The notes beneath the pieces were generated by a model. The model did not search any database. It had not been told where the DNA came from and worked only from the letters and a program-made list of their open reading frames with translations. Shown piece by piece: positions 50,981 through 62,192 of a DNA stretch of 64,000 bases. The position numbers were made by a program, and so were the translations under genes. The DNA is from Octopus vulgaris (taxonomy: Eukaryota), in contig OX597820.1 in assembly GCA_951406725.2 (NCBI GenBank), positions 44,702,001-44,766,000 of the forward strand, written 5' to 3'. Numbering within the stretch: the first letter of the stretch is position 1; each line of letters starts with the position of its first letter.

Positions 50981-51496
50981 TCCTGTCACAACCTGGGACC
51001 TTGAAGACTGCTTTAATGCAAGAAAGTATACTAGTCCCTTAATATTTTATATTCGATATTTCATCTGTTCAATAAGACAATCAATACTTCATTTCATTAT
51101 ACTATATATACTATTTATACTATATATTCTATATTCTACATTAATATTATAAAGAATATAAATAAAACATAAAAAAACAGAGTTGGAATTCCTTTGAATA
51201 ATATATATATATATGTATAATATGCATTGTACATATGTATTATGTATGTATCATATAATATGCTTGCTTTTGTTGTTACACTTGGTTTTTGATTTATCAT
51301 TTCTCCAAAAGTTCTCATGGATTTTACAGACCTGTATATTTAGAAAATTTTAAAATAATTATAAATCAAATATTTAATGGTTCTTGGTAGATAATTCTTA
51401 GTATCCGCTACTGTATCATAAAATGACAGTTGATATTATGAGTAAATGTGATTTTCTATCTGTTTGTCTGTCTGTCCATCTCTCTCTCTCTTTCTC

Positions 51497-51534
<38 letters not shown>

Positions 51535-54500
51535 CATACCAGTTTTTATATGCTGTACCTGCCCATACTGCCGTTTAACATCACCAGGTAGCCCAGAGAT
51601 GCTTTTTAATGTAGTTCACTTTGTTGCAAGCATTGAGGCCAAATCTTTGGCTCTAGGCTAACTTACACCCACCAGCCTTGGAGGCTCTGTGAAAATAAAT
51701 CATCATAGTGCTTCCCTTATCTCCTTGACTAAATGATAAAAAAAAAATAAGCACCCTATCTAGTCATGACTATAAGTGTAGGCATGGCTGTGTTTGACAA
51801 GCTTGTTTTGCAACTCTGTAGTTCCAGGCTCAATCTCACTGAGTAGCACCTCGGACAAGTAACTTTTTAACCTTTTTGGTAGCTCTTCGTTTTTTTTCTT
51901 TTCAAGGTTACACAGGTTGTTTTCTAACCAATATTCAAGAAATTATGTAAATCTGACTCACAAGGTCTTGTTCAATATTATTTTTATTAAATCCAAATTC
52001 AATTGTTTAAATCAGTATTATCAATAAAACAGGATTGTTCTCCCTTAGTTTACTTCAAATTACGAGAAGACATGTGATAAAAAAGGCTTTTTTTCTAATT
52101 CATTTTCTTCTGAGAGTTTACTTGTCAAGAAGAAACACAAGTATTGAATTTCTTAGCTAATTATTCAAACTACCCTAGAAAGAATTTAGGTGAATGACTT
52201 AAGGTCATGATGGAGAAAAATAGATAATGCAAAGTCTTTTTCATGAGCATGACAATAATTTAACACTGCAAGACATGCAGAATTGTGAGTGACAAAACGT
52301 CTTGCAACAGCCTAAAAGTCACAGAAAAATATCGGAAATCCTGGGTTTTTATAAGTTACTTGAGATATTTCTAGAAGCGTCCAGAAACTAAATTTCAGAA
52401 GAAATTTTGGTTGAAAACTAGGATGGCTTTGGCTAATAACTTAGTAAGCCAATGAAAAGAATCTTTTCAAATTGACTTCATCTAAATTTGAATTTTGGCA
52501 CCAAAAGAAAATTTCCATGGAACGACTCCAGTTGATTTCAAAACATACCTGCTACAAAGCTTTTTACTACACCTTCTACAATAACCCTTAGTCAACCGAT
52601 GTCTTGTGAATAAATTTGGTAGGCAGAAACTGAGGAAGCCCATCATGTATGTATATACATGTGTGTGTGTTTGTCTCCCACTTTCTCCCCACTGCTTGAC
52701 AACTAGTTTGGTCTGTTTATGTTCCTGTAACTTAAAAGATTGGCAAAAGAGACTAGCAGAACAAGTACCAGACTTAAAAAATAAGTACTGGGGTCAATTT
52801 GTTTGACTAAATCCTTCAGAGTGGTGCCCCAGCATGGTCACAGTTCAGTAACTGAAGCAAGAGGTACTTCTCCTTACATTTATACTTTATCTGTCTTTAT
52901 ACTTCCACCATATTATAGACGTTATGTTCTATCTGTCACTCTTCAGTTTATAAATCTAAATATTACATGATGGAGGCACTTACTGCATAATTCCTGAAGA
53001 ATCACATCCAAGGTTCAAGACCAGCAAGTTCTATCCGCATATTTGGACAACTAGTTCCAGACATATATGTGCTTGTGCAGAGCTGGTTAAAGCTATCTGA
53101 CAAATTCTAAAGTACTAGTTTCAAAAACTATATGTTAAAATGTAACAAAAATGAGATTATGACGATAAGAAAAATGATGACATCAACAAAAATGATGATG
53201 ACTTTGATGATGATGATGATGATGATTCTTTTCAGCTTATGGAGATTGTGAAAGCTGGTTCTTAATTACAGACTTGCAACTTGGTGAGCAGGACCAATGA
53301 GTATTAAGTCTGCTCTGGGTCACAGCATTAAAATAGTGTCACCCCTTCTGTTGGTTAACCAGTAATTTCAGCCAATTATATTTCTCCATCAAACTAAGTT
53401 AATATATATGCACAAGCACAGAAATGATAACTAGTTATGAAAATGCTTCTCTCTCTCTTGCTGTTTCTCTCTCTATATATAATACCTTCTAATCTAGACA
53501 CAATTCCTTTTCAATTTGTCAGAAGTTTTACATTTGATATAATATAAAATTTGAAGAAATGACCTTAATATTTTAATATTTTTGGACAAGCCCAATTTTT
53601 ATAGCAGTGAAAATATAGCTGAGGGACTCAATACATGTATAGTTGAATGAATCAACACATGTATGGTTATTTTTCTATAAGAGGAGGAGTACAGTTGCAG
53701 GAATTAACTTGAGTGGTTATTTGTATTTAGTTTATCAACTATGGAGATATAAACTCCAAAGTGAAACCCAAATAAAACTTGAGCATAAAATCAAAACAAA
53801 TAAAATCAAAAACTGCAAACTATTCAGTCCAAATTTCCAACTGTTTCTGAAGATTTCATTATCCTTGATATTAAAATCAATATGGTAAAATTGTTAGCGC
53901 TCCGGGCAATATGCTTTACAACATTTCGTTTGTCTTTATGTTTTGAGTTACCGAGGTTGACTTACCTCTCCCTCAAAATTTGAGGAATATGAAGGCGGCG
54001 AGCTGGCAGAAACGTTAGCACGCTGGGCGAACTGCGTTGCCGTATTTCGTCTGCCGTTACATTCTGAGTTCAAATTCCGCCGAGGTCGATTTTGCCTTTC
54101 ATCCTTCCGGGGTCGATAAATTAAGTACCAGTTACGCACTGGGGTTGATGTAATCGACTTAATCCCTTTGTCTGTCCTTGTTTGTCTCCTCTGTGTTTAG
54201 CCCCTTGTGGGTAGTAAAGAAATATATATGTATCATCATTATTATCATGCTGTATCTGTTTTCCATGCTAGCATAAGTTGGACAGGTCATCACAGTCTGA
54301 GTCAGTTCTTATTCAGAGTTATTGCTCTCCTGAACAGACTGGAGAACCACATCTTGCTTGTACATTTCATTATTTTGGCTTAGTTTCTACAGCTGGATAC
54401 TCTTCCTGTCATCAACCACTCTACAGATTATCTTGGATAAATGTTATTATGGCACCAACACTTGACCCTATGTGGTCTCTGCTCATTTGCTGACCACTTT

Positions 54501-57500
54501 ACAAGAGTGTACAGGGTGCATTTTATAATTGTACTGGCACTAGATGGGGTTTTCTTGTATCAAGTAAGGTTAGAGAGTCCTCACTGCCCTATGATGTACA
54601 CTTCAGTAATGTATCCATGAGGGTGAACTCAAGATAGAGCTGTGATAGAAGAATCAGGAAGGATGTGTAACAGGATGAAAGGTCTGTAGCACTGGATGGG
54701 TGCAGCTCTGATCCTTTACATTAAAATATTAATCGAAGGACAGAGTCAAGACTTCCGATTAACTTCAACAGCATAAATATTATATTTCTGGATTCGCAAT
54801 ATATACATTCTTCTTCAGGGCGAATCGGCAGCCTAGGAGCTCGTCACAGTAGTCAGGTGGAGTGAGCCAAATCCTGTCCGTTCAAGCATAGCGTAGCAAC
54901 GCCACGAGGTGCAGCTTGAAAGAGCTGCTAAAACACGTCCATCCTGTTCGGCTGTCAGCATTCGAGAGATCGATACAAGGGAAATTTTGCTGCTGCTAGT
55001 TTTCTGCGCATGCGCATGAGTGAACTTCTGGCAGGCCCCTCGGAAGAATCCAACTCTGCGCATGCGTGCAGGAGATTTCCAAGATGTCGTCACTACAGAT
55101 TGATTATGTTGCAAGAAGTGTGAGTAGAACAAAAGAAAGAATGAATCGGTAGCAGACAGTAATAGTAGTAGAGGAGGGCTGATAGTAACTAGAGAGTGAA
55201 GGTGGTCAATGGTAATATAATTTCTGTTGTAATGGCAGTGGAGTGACAGAAAGAGCTTGAATGACAAGCAACATTTCATTTTGTCCATTATCTTTGCTTC
55301 AGTATAATTCCTAAATGTTTGCACTTTCATTTCCATCTGTTATCATATTCTAGCATCTTCTATATGTGTTTAATACCCTACACTTCTTATACTGAATTAG
55401 TGCAACTGACTTGGTCCTTTTCCTATTTTGAGCCTTTTTCCAATGTGAAAAATCAATAATATTTGTTTCATCAATTTTATTTTCAGTTTGCTAGTCTCCA
55501 TGGCGCCATTGAGCTATGAAGTAAAACCAGTTTGTAGTTGTACACCACAACATATAGGTCCTACGATTCCAGAGGTAAGAAAAGACATTTTTTTTTATTT
55601 TCCCGGTTAATCTCTCTCAGACTCTATTCATCAAGACAGATTAAAGCCAACAGAGTTATGTCCCTTCCCTAGCGATACACCAAAATGGCCGTAGGAGGAA
55701 GGTTTTCAAACTTAACTTTTTCCATGCATCTTTTTTAAAAGACGTTTATTTGTCAGCTTAGCTGGCTGAGGCAAACTGAATAGTGTGGTAAAATCGTTGT
55801 GGTTGCAAAGTTTAAACTCAAGACTGTAATGCCAACACTACTTAACCACTTTTTTGTAACTTTTTATTTTTTACCATTATTTAAGTAGTCCAATACTTTA
55901 TATCTTCAACTTCTGCTAAAACCAAATCCTGTAATCACATATAATTCCTTGGTCTTTGTCATTGTTTAGTTTTAAGTCAGCTTTGATTGAGCAAACTTAT
56001 GATCAAAGACCTTCACATATGACCATTCCATATATTTCAAGTATATTTTGACTTAAATTATCCAGTATGTCCCTAACTTTTTTTCAAGACAGTAGGATTT
56101 CATTTGAGAGGGATCAACTATTTCTTGCAAGTCAAGGATTCACATAGAGGCTTCCTCAGTAACCCAAATTTTCAATATAATTCATAAAGCAGTAATAGTA
56201 ATCAACATTTTATCATCATGACCTATTTTAGCACCTCATCACCTCATTAACCCTTCACAATCTTTGTTTTTAAATATTTAAATATAAAACAATTTTATAA
56301 AATTAGAATTTCGTACTTTTCTTGAAGAAAATGTTGGTAATGATCAAAACAGTGTCATTGCAAATATGAGCAGCCAAAATGGGGTTCCTCCAAAACATCT
56401 CTGAAGTAATGTCACTCGACAGGATGCTCGGGATAGCTCAGTGATTAGGGAGTCTCTCCAGGTTGAGCTGCTACTTCTCTGCATTTGGAGGCCACAGCTC
56501 CCACACCACTGATACGTGATGTAATTAGAATATTGCAGGAAAGAATTGCAAGAAGGATTCTTCAAGCTGAACCAACCAACAGAAGATTAAGGGATAGACC
56601 AAGAATGAAATGGTTAGATAATACCCTTAGTCTCAGTTGGTCATGCTTCAGAATCCAGTCAGAAAGTCTAATGACAATTGCATCTGACAGGACTCTATAG
56701 AGGAAATGCCTGATTACTCTACCCCTACAAACCTCCAAGGAACAGTGAACACAGAAAATGGATGAATGGAATATTCTTCAGTTTTTAAATGTTGTAATTT
56801 TTGTATTTCATTTTTTATATAACCTTTATTATTTTTTTTTGCGTAACATATTCATGAACGTTTTATAGTTTATCAAATTTTTTTTTGAAACAAAAAGAGT
56901 TTTTGTTGTTGCAAACCTTTCAAAATTACATTTTGATTATAGGCTGGGAACTTCTAAGCTTAGTCTACTCAGCTCTTCAATTTGTTCTGGTATTTTTGTA
57001 CCTTCTATTTATTACCACCTGTATGATTAGAAAATTTGTCTCAATCCCTTTAAAAATGATATTTTATTTGATAAAATATACAAACAAAACAAAGTGAAAG
57101 AATCCTTGGTTAATTATTTCCTGTAATTCTTTGAAGATGTTTACCACCCATGAAACTTTTGAATTTCTTCAACAGGTTAACTCAGTATGGTTCAAGTTGT
57201 TTATATACCACTTGACTGGGAGTGGGCCACCATCAGTATTATTAGTAAAAGGTACAAAACTGAGGCGGTTACCAGCAATATTTCAGGTATGTACTTTTAT
57301 AGTTTCTATTAGTACAAGACAAGATGTTTGTTAGGTGAGGATGGTGGACTACAGTTGATTTAGCTGACCCTAGTATTTGGTTCTACTTATTTTAAGTCAC
57401 ACATTTGTAGTGAAAGGGTGTCATTTCATTAATATCAACCTCAGTACATGATTATATTTTCCACAATAGAATGAAATCAAAGTCAATTATAGTAAGATTC

Positions 57501-60500
57501 CAATTATTCTATACGTGTTTAATCTAGTGTTTTACTACTTCAATGCCTTTAAACTTGTGTTGCTTAACATTCATTTCCTCTTCATCATCATCATCATCAT
57601 AATAATAATAATAATAATAATAATTCTTTCTGCTATAGATATGAGTCTTGAAATTTTGGGGGAGGAGGTTGTTGATTACTTCAATCCCATATCTGACTGA
57701 TATTTTATTTGACCTAACCTGAAAATATTAAGGGCAAAGATGGCCTCAGCAGCATTTAAACTGATGTAGCATTAGCAGGGCAGTCAAGTTACTTCACCCC
57801 AGTGTAGTAGCACACTGGTGCTGCATTCCACTGTTCTTTAAAAGCTAACAGCAGAGGAAGACACATGATGACTTCTACCCAGAGTAATAGCTCACTTTTC
57901 AAAGGCATTTTATCCAGTTGCTGTCTAAATGTCGGAACATTAACATCTGGTTCCCTTTGGCCGCTGCTTTATCCCATTCAGATGCAGACACTAAACTATC
58001 GACAAGTTTGTGGCCCATCTAGCTCGACATGCTATGGGATTTCTACCTCACCTCACTACTACTTCAAAATTCATTGGATAATTTTAATTTGCTGCCAAGT
58101 ACTGGAACTAACTACTTTGATGTGTATTAAGGAATTAACTCATGCCTTCTACACCCTGTTGTCTCATATGCTTATCTCTATTGTGCCGGTTGCTTCATGT
58201 GTGAGCAAGGAATAAATTATGTTTGTTAACCAAAAGCATTACCTTCTGATTTTTATCGTAACCTTTATGTAGAGCATGCATTTATGTTTCAAACCTTCTT
58301 ATGTGCACACATCTAAATATACTTTCTAAACTGGTAAAGCCCAACTCTTAATTTACCTCCTGTTACACTCATAACATAAAGAGCCAATAGAAATCCCACC
58401 AAGTATTTTATCTTATGCATGGTTATGATTCTATTTACTTGCTACCTTAATCATAATAATAATATTGATGAGGATGATAATGAGGATGATCTCTAACTGA
58501 TGAATAAAGTCACAAATTCGGTGACATGGCTTTTCTAATTCACATCAGTTCTGGATTTGTACATATTTTATTGATCTCCTGGAAGGATGAAAGGAAAAGT
58601 TGACCTCTGAGAAATTTGAACTGAGAACATAAAAGGGTTCTAATTGAAAACTGCAAGGCATATTTTGTTGGGCACTCTACAAATCCTGCTCTTTACAAAA
58701 TTAACAGGTAAATTAGGACAAATAGTAGTTTTTAGTTGGAACTACTCTCATTTTCCCCCCACATCATTATGTACCTTGCCCTGTGGTAACAATACAATCC
58801 CAAAGACATAGTTTAAATTCATGGAATTTGGTCAGTGATATTGTAAATCAAATCAATAAACACTCAGAGCGTATTACACAGTATTGTCAGAGCAATTTAA
58901 AGCATCCCCTTCTCTTACTCCAAAACTTGTTTGTTCTTCACTTCTACAAATTCCATATATGCACATAAATTATTCATATCATTATCATCATTTTAACATC
59001 CACTTTTCCATGCTTGCATGGGTCAAATGGAGTTTACTGAGGCTAATTTCCTATCACCAAATGCTTTCCTTGTCACCAACCCTCACTTGTTTCCAAATGA
59101 AGTAATGTTTTCCCATGGCTGGAAATGAATGACACTGCTTGTGTGACAGTGACATTCATTTACAACTATCATGTGAAGTTTAGAGAAGGTAACACAAACA
59201 TACACATACTCACACATACATATGTACACACACACTCACACACATGTATAAACATTCACATACACAATGATATGTATTCATATGCATATAGTCATATGTG
59301 TGTATGTGTATATAATATATATATAAAGTTTAAATACATATGTGTACAAATGAATATGCAACACACTTGAAACTGGAAATAAATACATACACAGATAATT
59401 TACCAGATATTTAGGAAAAACTTTTTCTCTGTTATTTCTGCACAGGAATATGACCGTCTTTTGGTAACAACATGGGACCATGACCCCGGTGTGATAGCTT
59501 CATCAAATATTTTAATGACATTAAATGATGCTCTTTCTCATTCTGCTGTTCTTATCCAGGTATGTTTACTGACTTATCTTTTGATCTCTGATTTCCCATC
59601 ACTTCCTGGTTCCTTGGTACCACAGTAGCACTACCTTTACATTACATTAACCTTACCAAACAGAAATATTCATCATCATCATCACCACATATCCATTTTT
59701 TTCATGCTTGCATGGGTCAAGCAGAATTTGTTGAAGCAGATTTTCCTATGGCTGGATGCCCTTCCTGTTGCCATCCCTCAACTGCTTCCTAGAAAAGTAA
59801 TGTTTCCTCATGGCCAGACATATTTCTTACAGCTTTGTTTGTATTCTTCAGTTTCCGTCTACCAAATCCACTCACAAAGCTTTGGTTGGCTCAAGGCTAT
59901 AGTAGAAGACACTTGCCCAAGGTGCCATGTAGTGGGATTGAACCCCGGAACCATGTGGTTGGGAAGCTTCTTATCACACATCCATATGCACCTATGTATG
60001 TTGATGAAGTTCATTTACAACCATCACATATCAAGACAATGATATACACAGATGCATGTACATACACACATACATAAATACATATATAACAGGCTTCTTT
60101 CAGTTTCTATCTACTAAACCCACTCACAAGGCTTTGGTCGACCTAGGGCTGTAGTAGAAGACGTTTGCTTAAGGTGCTGCACAGGAGTACTGAGCCCATG
60201 GGTGTATGTTGAGAAGCAAGCTTCTCAGCCACATAGCCACATCTGTCATTTGATCAGCTGTTGCAAACTCTGTGTGATCTGTTCTATGTGGTAAACTTAA
60301 TTTGTGATATGATCATCTGTGATCTTCTTATCTGTGGTGAGCTCAGTCTGTGATCATTTGCAGTGATCATTTGCAGTGAATTCAGTTTGATGATCAGTGA
60401 TGAATGCAATTTGTTATCTAATCACTTGCAGTGAACTTGTTTGTGATTAATCATCTACCATGAATTCAACTTTACTAAAGCAATGATAGATCAACAGCCC

Positions 60501-62192
60501 TCCATTCATCATTCTGATTTTAAAATAATCCTACAAAGATCTTGGGATTGTTTGTAGTTGCAACTTTGTTTAAAATAGAGTAAAATCTGGTATCTGAGGA
60601 AAATGGTGAGGGCCTGCATTGGGAATAATGACTATAAGACCTATTGGACCATCTATTATTAAAACATTAGGTGTTTTCACTTTTCATGGCAACTAAACTT
60701 AATAATATCTCAATATTTTGTATGATTTTGTTAATAATAGGAACTCCGGTTTCAAAATTATCTTACTAACAAAATACTGATTTTATACTCAAAAACTGAC
60801 ACTCATTTACATTTAGTTTTCATATCAACATTGGCTGGATTTTGAATGTAATCATTATTTAATTACAAAGAAATGAGAATTAGCTCATGTAGTCATCATC
60901 ATTTGCATCATCTCTCTCCCTCTCTCTCACACACATGCTTTGTGTAACAGTTTTCTTTTTTTTCTTTTCTTTCAACCAATTTTCAAATAGGCCCATGGTT
61001 GGGAAACTGATGGTAACACAATCTTTGTGCCGTTTCCTCTAAACGACAAAAATGGTTACCCTTCATCAGGTGAGTCGATGAAACTTGAAAGTATAAATAA
61101 AATTTTTGCATTTTCTACATCACTTAAAGTTTTCAATCCAATTCAATCTAATTTATTGTCATTTTTCTGGGGAAAATGGATTTAATTTTCTCCTCTATGC
61201 TTGCTTCTGTTTATATCTACATCTTTATTGTTTTTGTTGTTGCAGCTAGACTCCCTACAGAGAGTTTTTTAACCCTTTCTTTACTGTATTTATTTTGAGA
61301 TGCTCTGTGTTTCTTTCAATTACTTTAAATATAATAAATAATTTAGTAAAATAACTTAGTTATCATTCAGCTAGTGTTAGGAATATAAATTTTGACGACT
61401 AAGGTTTGGTAGAAGATTTTAATTCAAAACTTATGGAAACAAGAATGTACTCATACAGAGCCGGTTTCAACCGGGTTGGTAACGAAAGGGTTAAATGATA
61501 AGACAGGATTTAATTTAGGGCCATATTTCTATGCTGGTTGTAATTAAAATTAAATTTTTTGTGTCAGTTAGATTGTGTAAAGTAGTCCATTGAAATAATT
61601 TTTGGATTATAATTTGTTTTGATTTGCTTTCAGGAAAATTCTCTCTGAAAAATTCACAATACCATAAGGCTGTTCAAAAACTTTCTAAATCAATAGATCT
61701 ACAACACACATGTGGCTATATAACATTATTGAACATTGGTAAACCTGGTCATCCATCATCAGTGGATGTTTTGGGGGCCAACTTCAGTCAGAATCTAATT
61801 CTTTCATCTGAGAATGATTCTGACTTAAAATGTGACGAGAAGGAACTCAATGTGACCAGCTTTGACAATAGTTACAATGAGCTGGGTAATTTGCAACAAC
61901 ATTCAGATGCTCCCTGCAATGGCATTAAAAACCAAGCTTGTGCTGATATACTTTCAAATGAATTGGATAATCTGCAGAATCAACAAATGGACCACAGTAA
62001 CATTGCTCGAGATAACCTCACTTTAAACATCATTCCACCTTCTGAACAGGACCAAGACGAGAGTACTGTAGAGGACAGTGAAGACACATGGCTTCTGCTA
62101 GACTGTTTCTTTGGCATTCCACTATTTGAGTCTAAGCTCAACAAAGAGGTTTGCCAGAGAGTTGCATCTGGGAAACTATGTACCAATGAAAG
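20089..62192 (+). CDS. FAM91A1: FAM91A1 orthologue (endosome-to-Golgi vesicle tethering factor, WDR11/TBC1D23 partner); 18 internal coding exons, 5'- and 3'-partial
   Basis: Manual splicing of 18 GT-AG exons gives one open frame of 782 codons with hallmark FAM91 motifs ([113 protein letters not shown]). All exon phases are compatible. Confidence 0.97.
20988..21223 (+). mobile_element. Young full-length SINE (GGCGGCGAGCTGGCAGAA family, Nin/Deu-like domain)
   Basis: 15-bp TSD GGTATCAATCCCTTA at 20973-20987 and 21224-21238; A/B-box-like motifs; close copy at 53993-54222. Confidence 0.93.
22520..22823 (+). mobile_element. tRNA-derived SINE (TGGAGGCGCAATGGCCCAGTGG family), tail type 1
   Basis: Shares about 190 bp of 5' sequence with 37582-37968; different 3' part. 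Confidence 0.85.
23681..23870 (-). mobile_element. Young RTE-3'UTR-type repeat with (GAT)n tail
   Basis: Five mismatches over about 175 bp versus 26594-26775 (hand count). Confidence 0.9.
24153..24418 (-). mobile_element. LINE extreme 3' end with (TTA)n tail
   Basis: [15 protein letters not shown]-like ORF2 ending, short UTR, long trinucleotide tail. Confidence 0.55.
26419..26775 (+). mobile_element. Young RTE-3'UTR-type repeat with internal tandem units of about 65-70 bp
   Basis: Three GTGGCCGA..GCCAG...GGTGGCACGTAAAA units, then GGAAGGGCATCCAGC and a (GAT)n tail. Confidence 0.9.
26878..27197. mobile_element. Foldback-type MITE with imperfect inverted arms of about 115 bp; related degenerate copy about 1595-1848
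   Basis: GGAAGGTCATTATGCCAATA...CACTGGTT...TTCTTTTATTA mirrored by TAATAAAAGAA...AACCAGTG...TATTGGTATAACGACCTTCC. Confidence 0.75.
28048..28257 (+). CDS. FAM91A1: FAM91A1 exon: [16 protein letters not shown]...[14 protein letters not shown] (phase 1-1)
   Basis: tttgttttgtag acceptor, T|gtaagt donor, 210 nt; inside ORF 28020..28346. Confidence 0.97.
29417..29484 (+). CDS. FAM91A1: FAM91A1 exon: [23 protein letters not shown] (phase 1-0)
   Basis: tatttctag acceptor, AAA|gtaagt donor, 68 nt. Confidence 0.97.
30384..30900 (+). mobile_element. tRNA-headed SINE with an AT-rich insert of about 110 bp in its (TA)n tract
   Basis: Matches 13881-14272; insert contains ATTAGAGATAAAACCACTATTA, also seen at 9548-9569. 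Confidence 0.85.
31161..32247 (-). mobile_element. Non-autonomous piggyBac-like element (about 1.09 kb) retaining an acidic transposase N-terminus-like remnant
   Basis: TTAA|CCCTTTCGTTAC ... GTAACAAAAGGG|TTAA; ORF 31764..32114 with [15 protein letters not shown]...[22 protein letters not shown]. Confidence 0.85.
32715..32831 (+). CDS. FAM91A1: FAM91A1 exon: [13 protein letters not shown]...[15 protein letters not shown] (phase 0-0)
   Basis: tttttcttag acceptor, AAG|gtattg donor, 117 nt. Confidence 0.95.
33444..33534 (+). CDS. FAM91A1: FAM91A1 exon: [30 protein letters not shown] (phase 0-1)
   Basis: ctcttgtag acceptor, G|gtatgt donor, 91 nt. Confidence 0.94.
34596..34816. mobile_element. 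TTAA MITE, family 2 (best preserved copy)
   Basis: TTAA|CCCTTTAGCATTTAAA ... TTTAAATGCTAAAGGG|TTAA, perfect 16-bp TIR. Confidence 0.9.
35051..35113 (+). CDS. FAM91A1: FAM91A1 exon: [21 protein letters not shown] (phase 1-1)
   Basis: cattctgcag acceptor, G|gtaagt donor, 63 nt. Confidence 0.95.
36380..36842 (+). mobile_element. Young RTE-3'UTR-type repeat (to about 36702) followed by an older related tail
   Basis: Nearly identical to 26465-26775; two (GAT)n tails. Confidence 0.85.
37130..37236 (+). CDS. FAM91A1: FAM91A1 exon: [36 protein letters not shown] (phase 1-0)
   Basis: ctcttcttacag acceptor, GAG|gtgaga donor, 107 nt. Confidence 0.97.
37582..37968 (+). mobile_element. Young full-length tRNA-derived SINE, tail type 2
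   Basis: A box TGGCCCAGTGG, B box GGTTTCGATTCC, CpGs intact, 12-bp TSD GTATGCAGGTGA at 37570-37581 and 37969-37980. Confidence 0.93.
38152..38190 (+). CDS. FAM91A1: FAM91A1 short exon: [13 protein letters not shown] (phase 0-0)
   Basis: ttatttcacag acceptor, AAG|gtaaac donor, 39 nt. Confidence 0.93.
38445..38768 (-). mobile_element. 5'-truncated SINE of the GGAGTGGCTGTGTGGTAAG family
   Basis: Reverse complement matches 13960-14260. Confidence 0.88.
39637..40201 (-). mobile_element. Internally deleted mariner (DD34D) element
   Basis: TA-flanked TIR TTGGGTTGTCC(T/A)GAAAGTT; N-terminus [13 protein letters not shown] joined to [26 protein letters not shown]...GIFKLKERW...NGSY (frameshifted). 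Confidence 0.93.
40959..41068 (+). CDS. FAM91A1: FAM91A1 exon: [15 protein letters not shown]...[13 protein letters not shown] (phase 0-2)
   Basis: tttgttgtag acceptor, AA|gtaagt donor, 110 nt. Confidence 0.96.
42858..42973 (+). CDS. FAM91A1: FAM91A1 exon, Ser/Thr/acidic linker: [38 protein letters not shown] (phase 2-1)
   Basis: tttattgcag acceptor, G|gtaaac donor, 116 nt; bridges the phase 2 and phase 1 neighbours. Confidence 0.88.
44096..44604. mobile_element. Tc2/pogo-like non-autonomous DNA transposon
   Basis: TA-flanked TIR of about 25 bp CTGTAAATCCTCGAGTATAGTCCGC / GCGGATTATACTTGAGGATTTATGG; subterminal CCTYGAGTATARTMCGC repeats. Confidence 0.85.
44869..44963 (+). CDS. FAM91A1: FAM91A1 exon: [32 protein letters not shown] (phase 1-0)
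   Basis: ccttttacag acceptor, CAG|gtccga donor (weak), 95 nt. Confidence 0.95.
46640..47345 (+). mobile_element. Heavily decayed Penelope-like element (C-terminal GIY-YIG region)
   Basis: Fragmentary [45 protein letters not shown] pattern; many frameshifts. Confidence 0.6.
47609..48488 (-). mobile_element. tRNA-headed SINE split by a Helitron in its central (TA)n tract
   Basis: Both halves match 13881-14190 in reverse. Confidence 0.9.
47802..48307 (-). mobile_element. Non-autonomous Helitron (506 bp)
   Basis: Minus strand reads A|TCTATATATATAAAA ... CCCGAGCAACGCCGGG hairpin, 8 nt, CTAG|T; no TSD; CpG-rich. Confidence 0.88.
49243..49329 (+). CDS. FAM91A1: FAM91A1 exon: [29 protein letters not shown] (phase 0-0)
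   Basis: tgtcaccag acceptor, AAA|gtaggt donor, 87 nt. Confidence 0.96.
50701..50909 (+). CDS. FAM91A1: FAM91A1 exon: [16 protein letters not shown]...[24 protein letters not shown] (phase 0-2)
   Basis: caacag acceptor, AC|gtaagt donor, 209 nt. Confidence 0.96.
53993..54222 (+). mobile_element. Young SINE (GGCGGCGAGCTGGCAGAA family) directly after an older copy
   Basis: Near-identical to 20990-21223. Confidence 0.9.
54685..55097. mobile_element. Probable solo LTR
   Basis: TGTAG...CTACA termini, 413 bp, GC- and CpG-rich versus flanks; flanks GGTC/GATT do not form a clean TSD. Confidence 0.5.
55487..55574 (+). CDS. FAM91A1: FAM91A1 exon: [29 protein letters not shown] (phase 2-0)
   Basis: ttattttcag acceptor, GAG|gtaaga donor, 88 nt. 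Confidence 0.96.
56480..56770 (+). mobile_element. Decayed RTE-clade LINE 3' end (similar minus-strand remnant about 48590-48870)
   Basis: [28 protein letters not shown]...IASDR resembles the RTE GxRxRGRPRxRWxD C-terminus. Confidence 0.65.
57176..57286 (+). CDS. FAM91A1: FAM91A1 exon: [37 protein letters not shown] (phase 0-0)
   Basis: ttcttcaacag acceptor, CAG|gtatgt donor, 111 nt. Confidence 0.96.
59446..59559 (+). CDS. FAM91A1: FAM91A1 exon: [17 protein letters not shown]...[13 protein letters not shown] (phase 0-0)
   Basis: ttctgcacag acceptor, CAG|gtatgt donor, 114 nt. Confidence 0.96.
60250..60473. repeat. Degenerate minisatellite, unit about 25-30 bp (TGTGATCATYTGYRGTGAACTCAGTT-like)
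   Basis: Recurring TGATCA / GTGAA motifs, roughly 7-8 units. Confidence 0.6.
60991..61069 (+). CDS. FAM91A1: FAM91A1 exon: [26 protein letters not shown] (phase 0-1)
   Basis: long pyrimidine tract then aatag acceptor, G|gtgagt donor, 79 nt. Confidence 0.93.
61273..61490. mobile_element. piggyBac-like TTAA MITE, family 1
   Basis: TTAA|CCCTTTCTTTAC ... GTAACGAAAGGG|TTAA; same body as 7379-7599. Confidence 0.85.
61634..62192 (+). CDS. FAM91A1: FAM91A1 large exon: GKFSLKN...[13 protein letters not shown]...[22 protein letters not shown]...LCTNE (phase 1-2)
   Basis: tgctttcag acceptor, AG|gttagt donor, 559 nt; inside ORF 61624..62259. Confidence 0.95.

Noticed and set aside
54833-55336. 167-aa minus-strand ORF
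   Set aside because: Crosses the LTR-like element boundary and shows no recognisable domain
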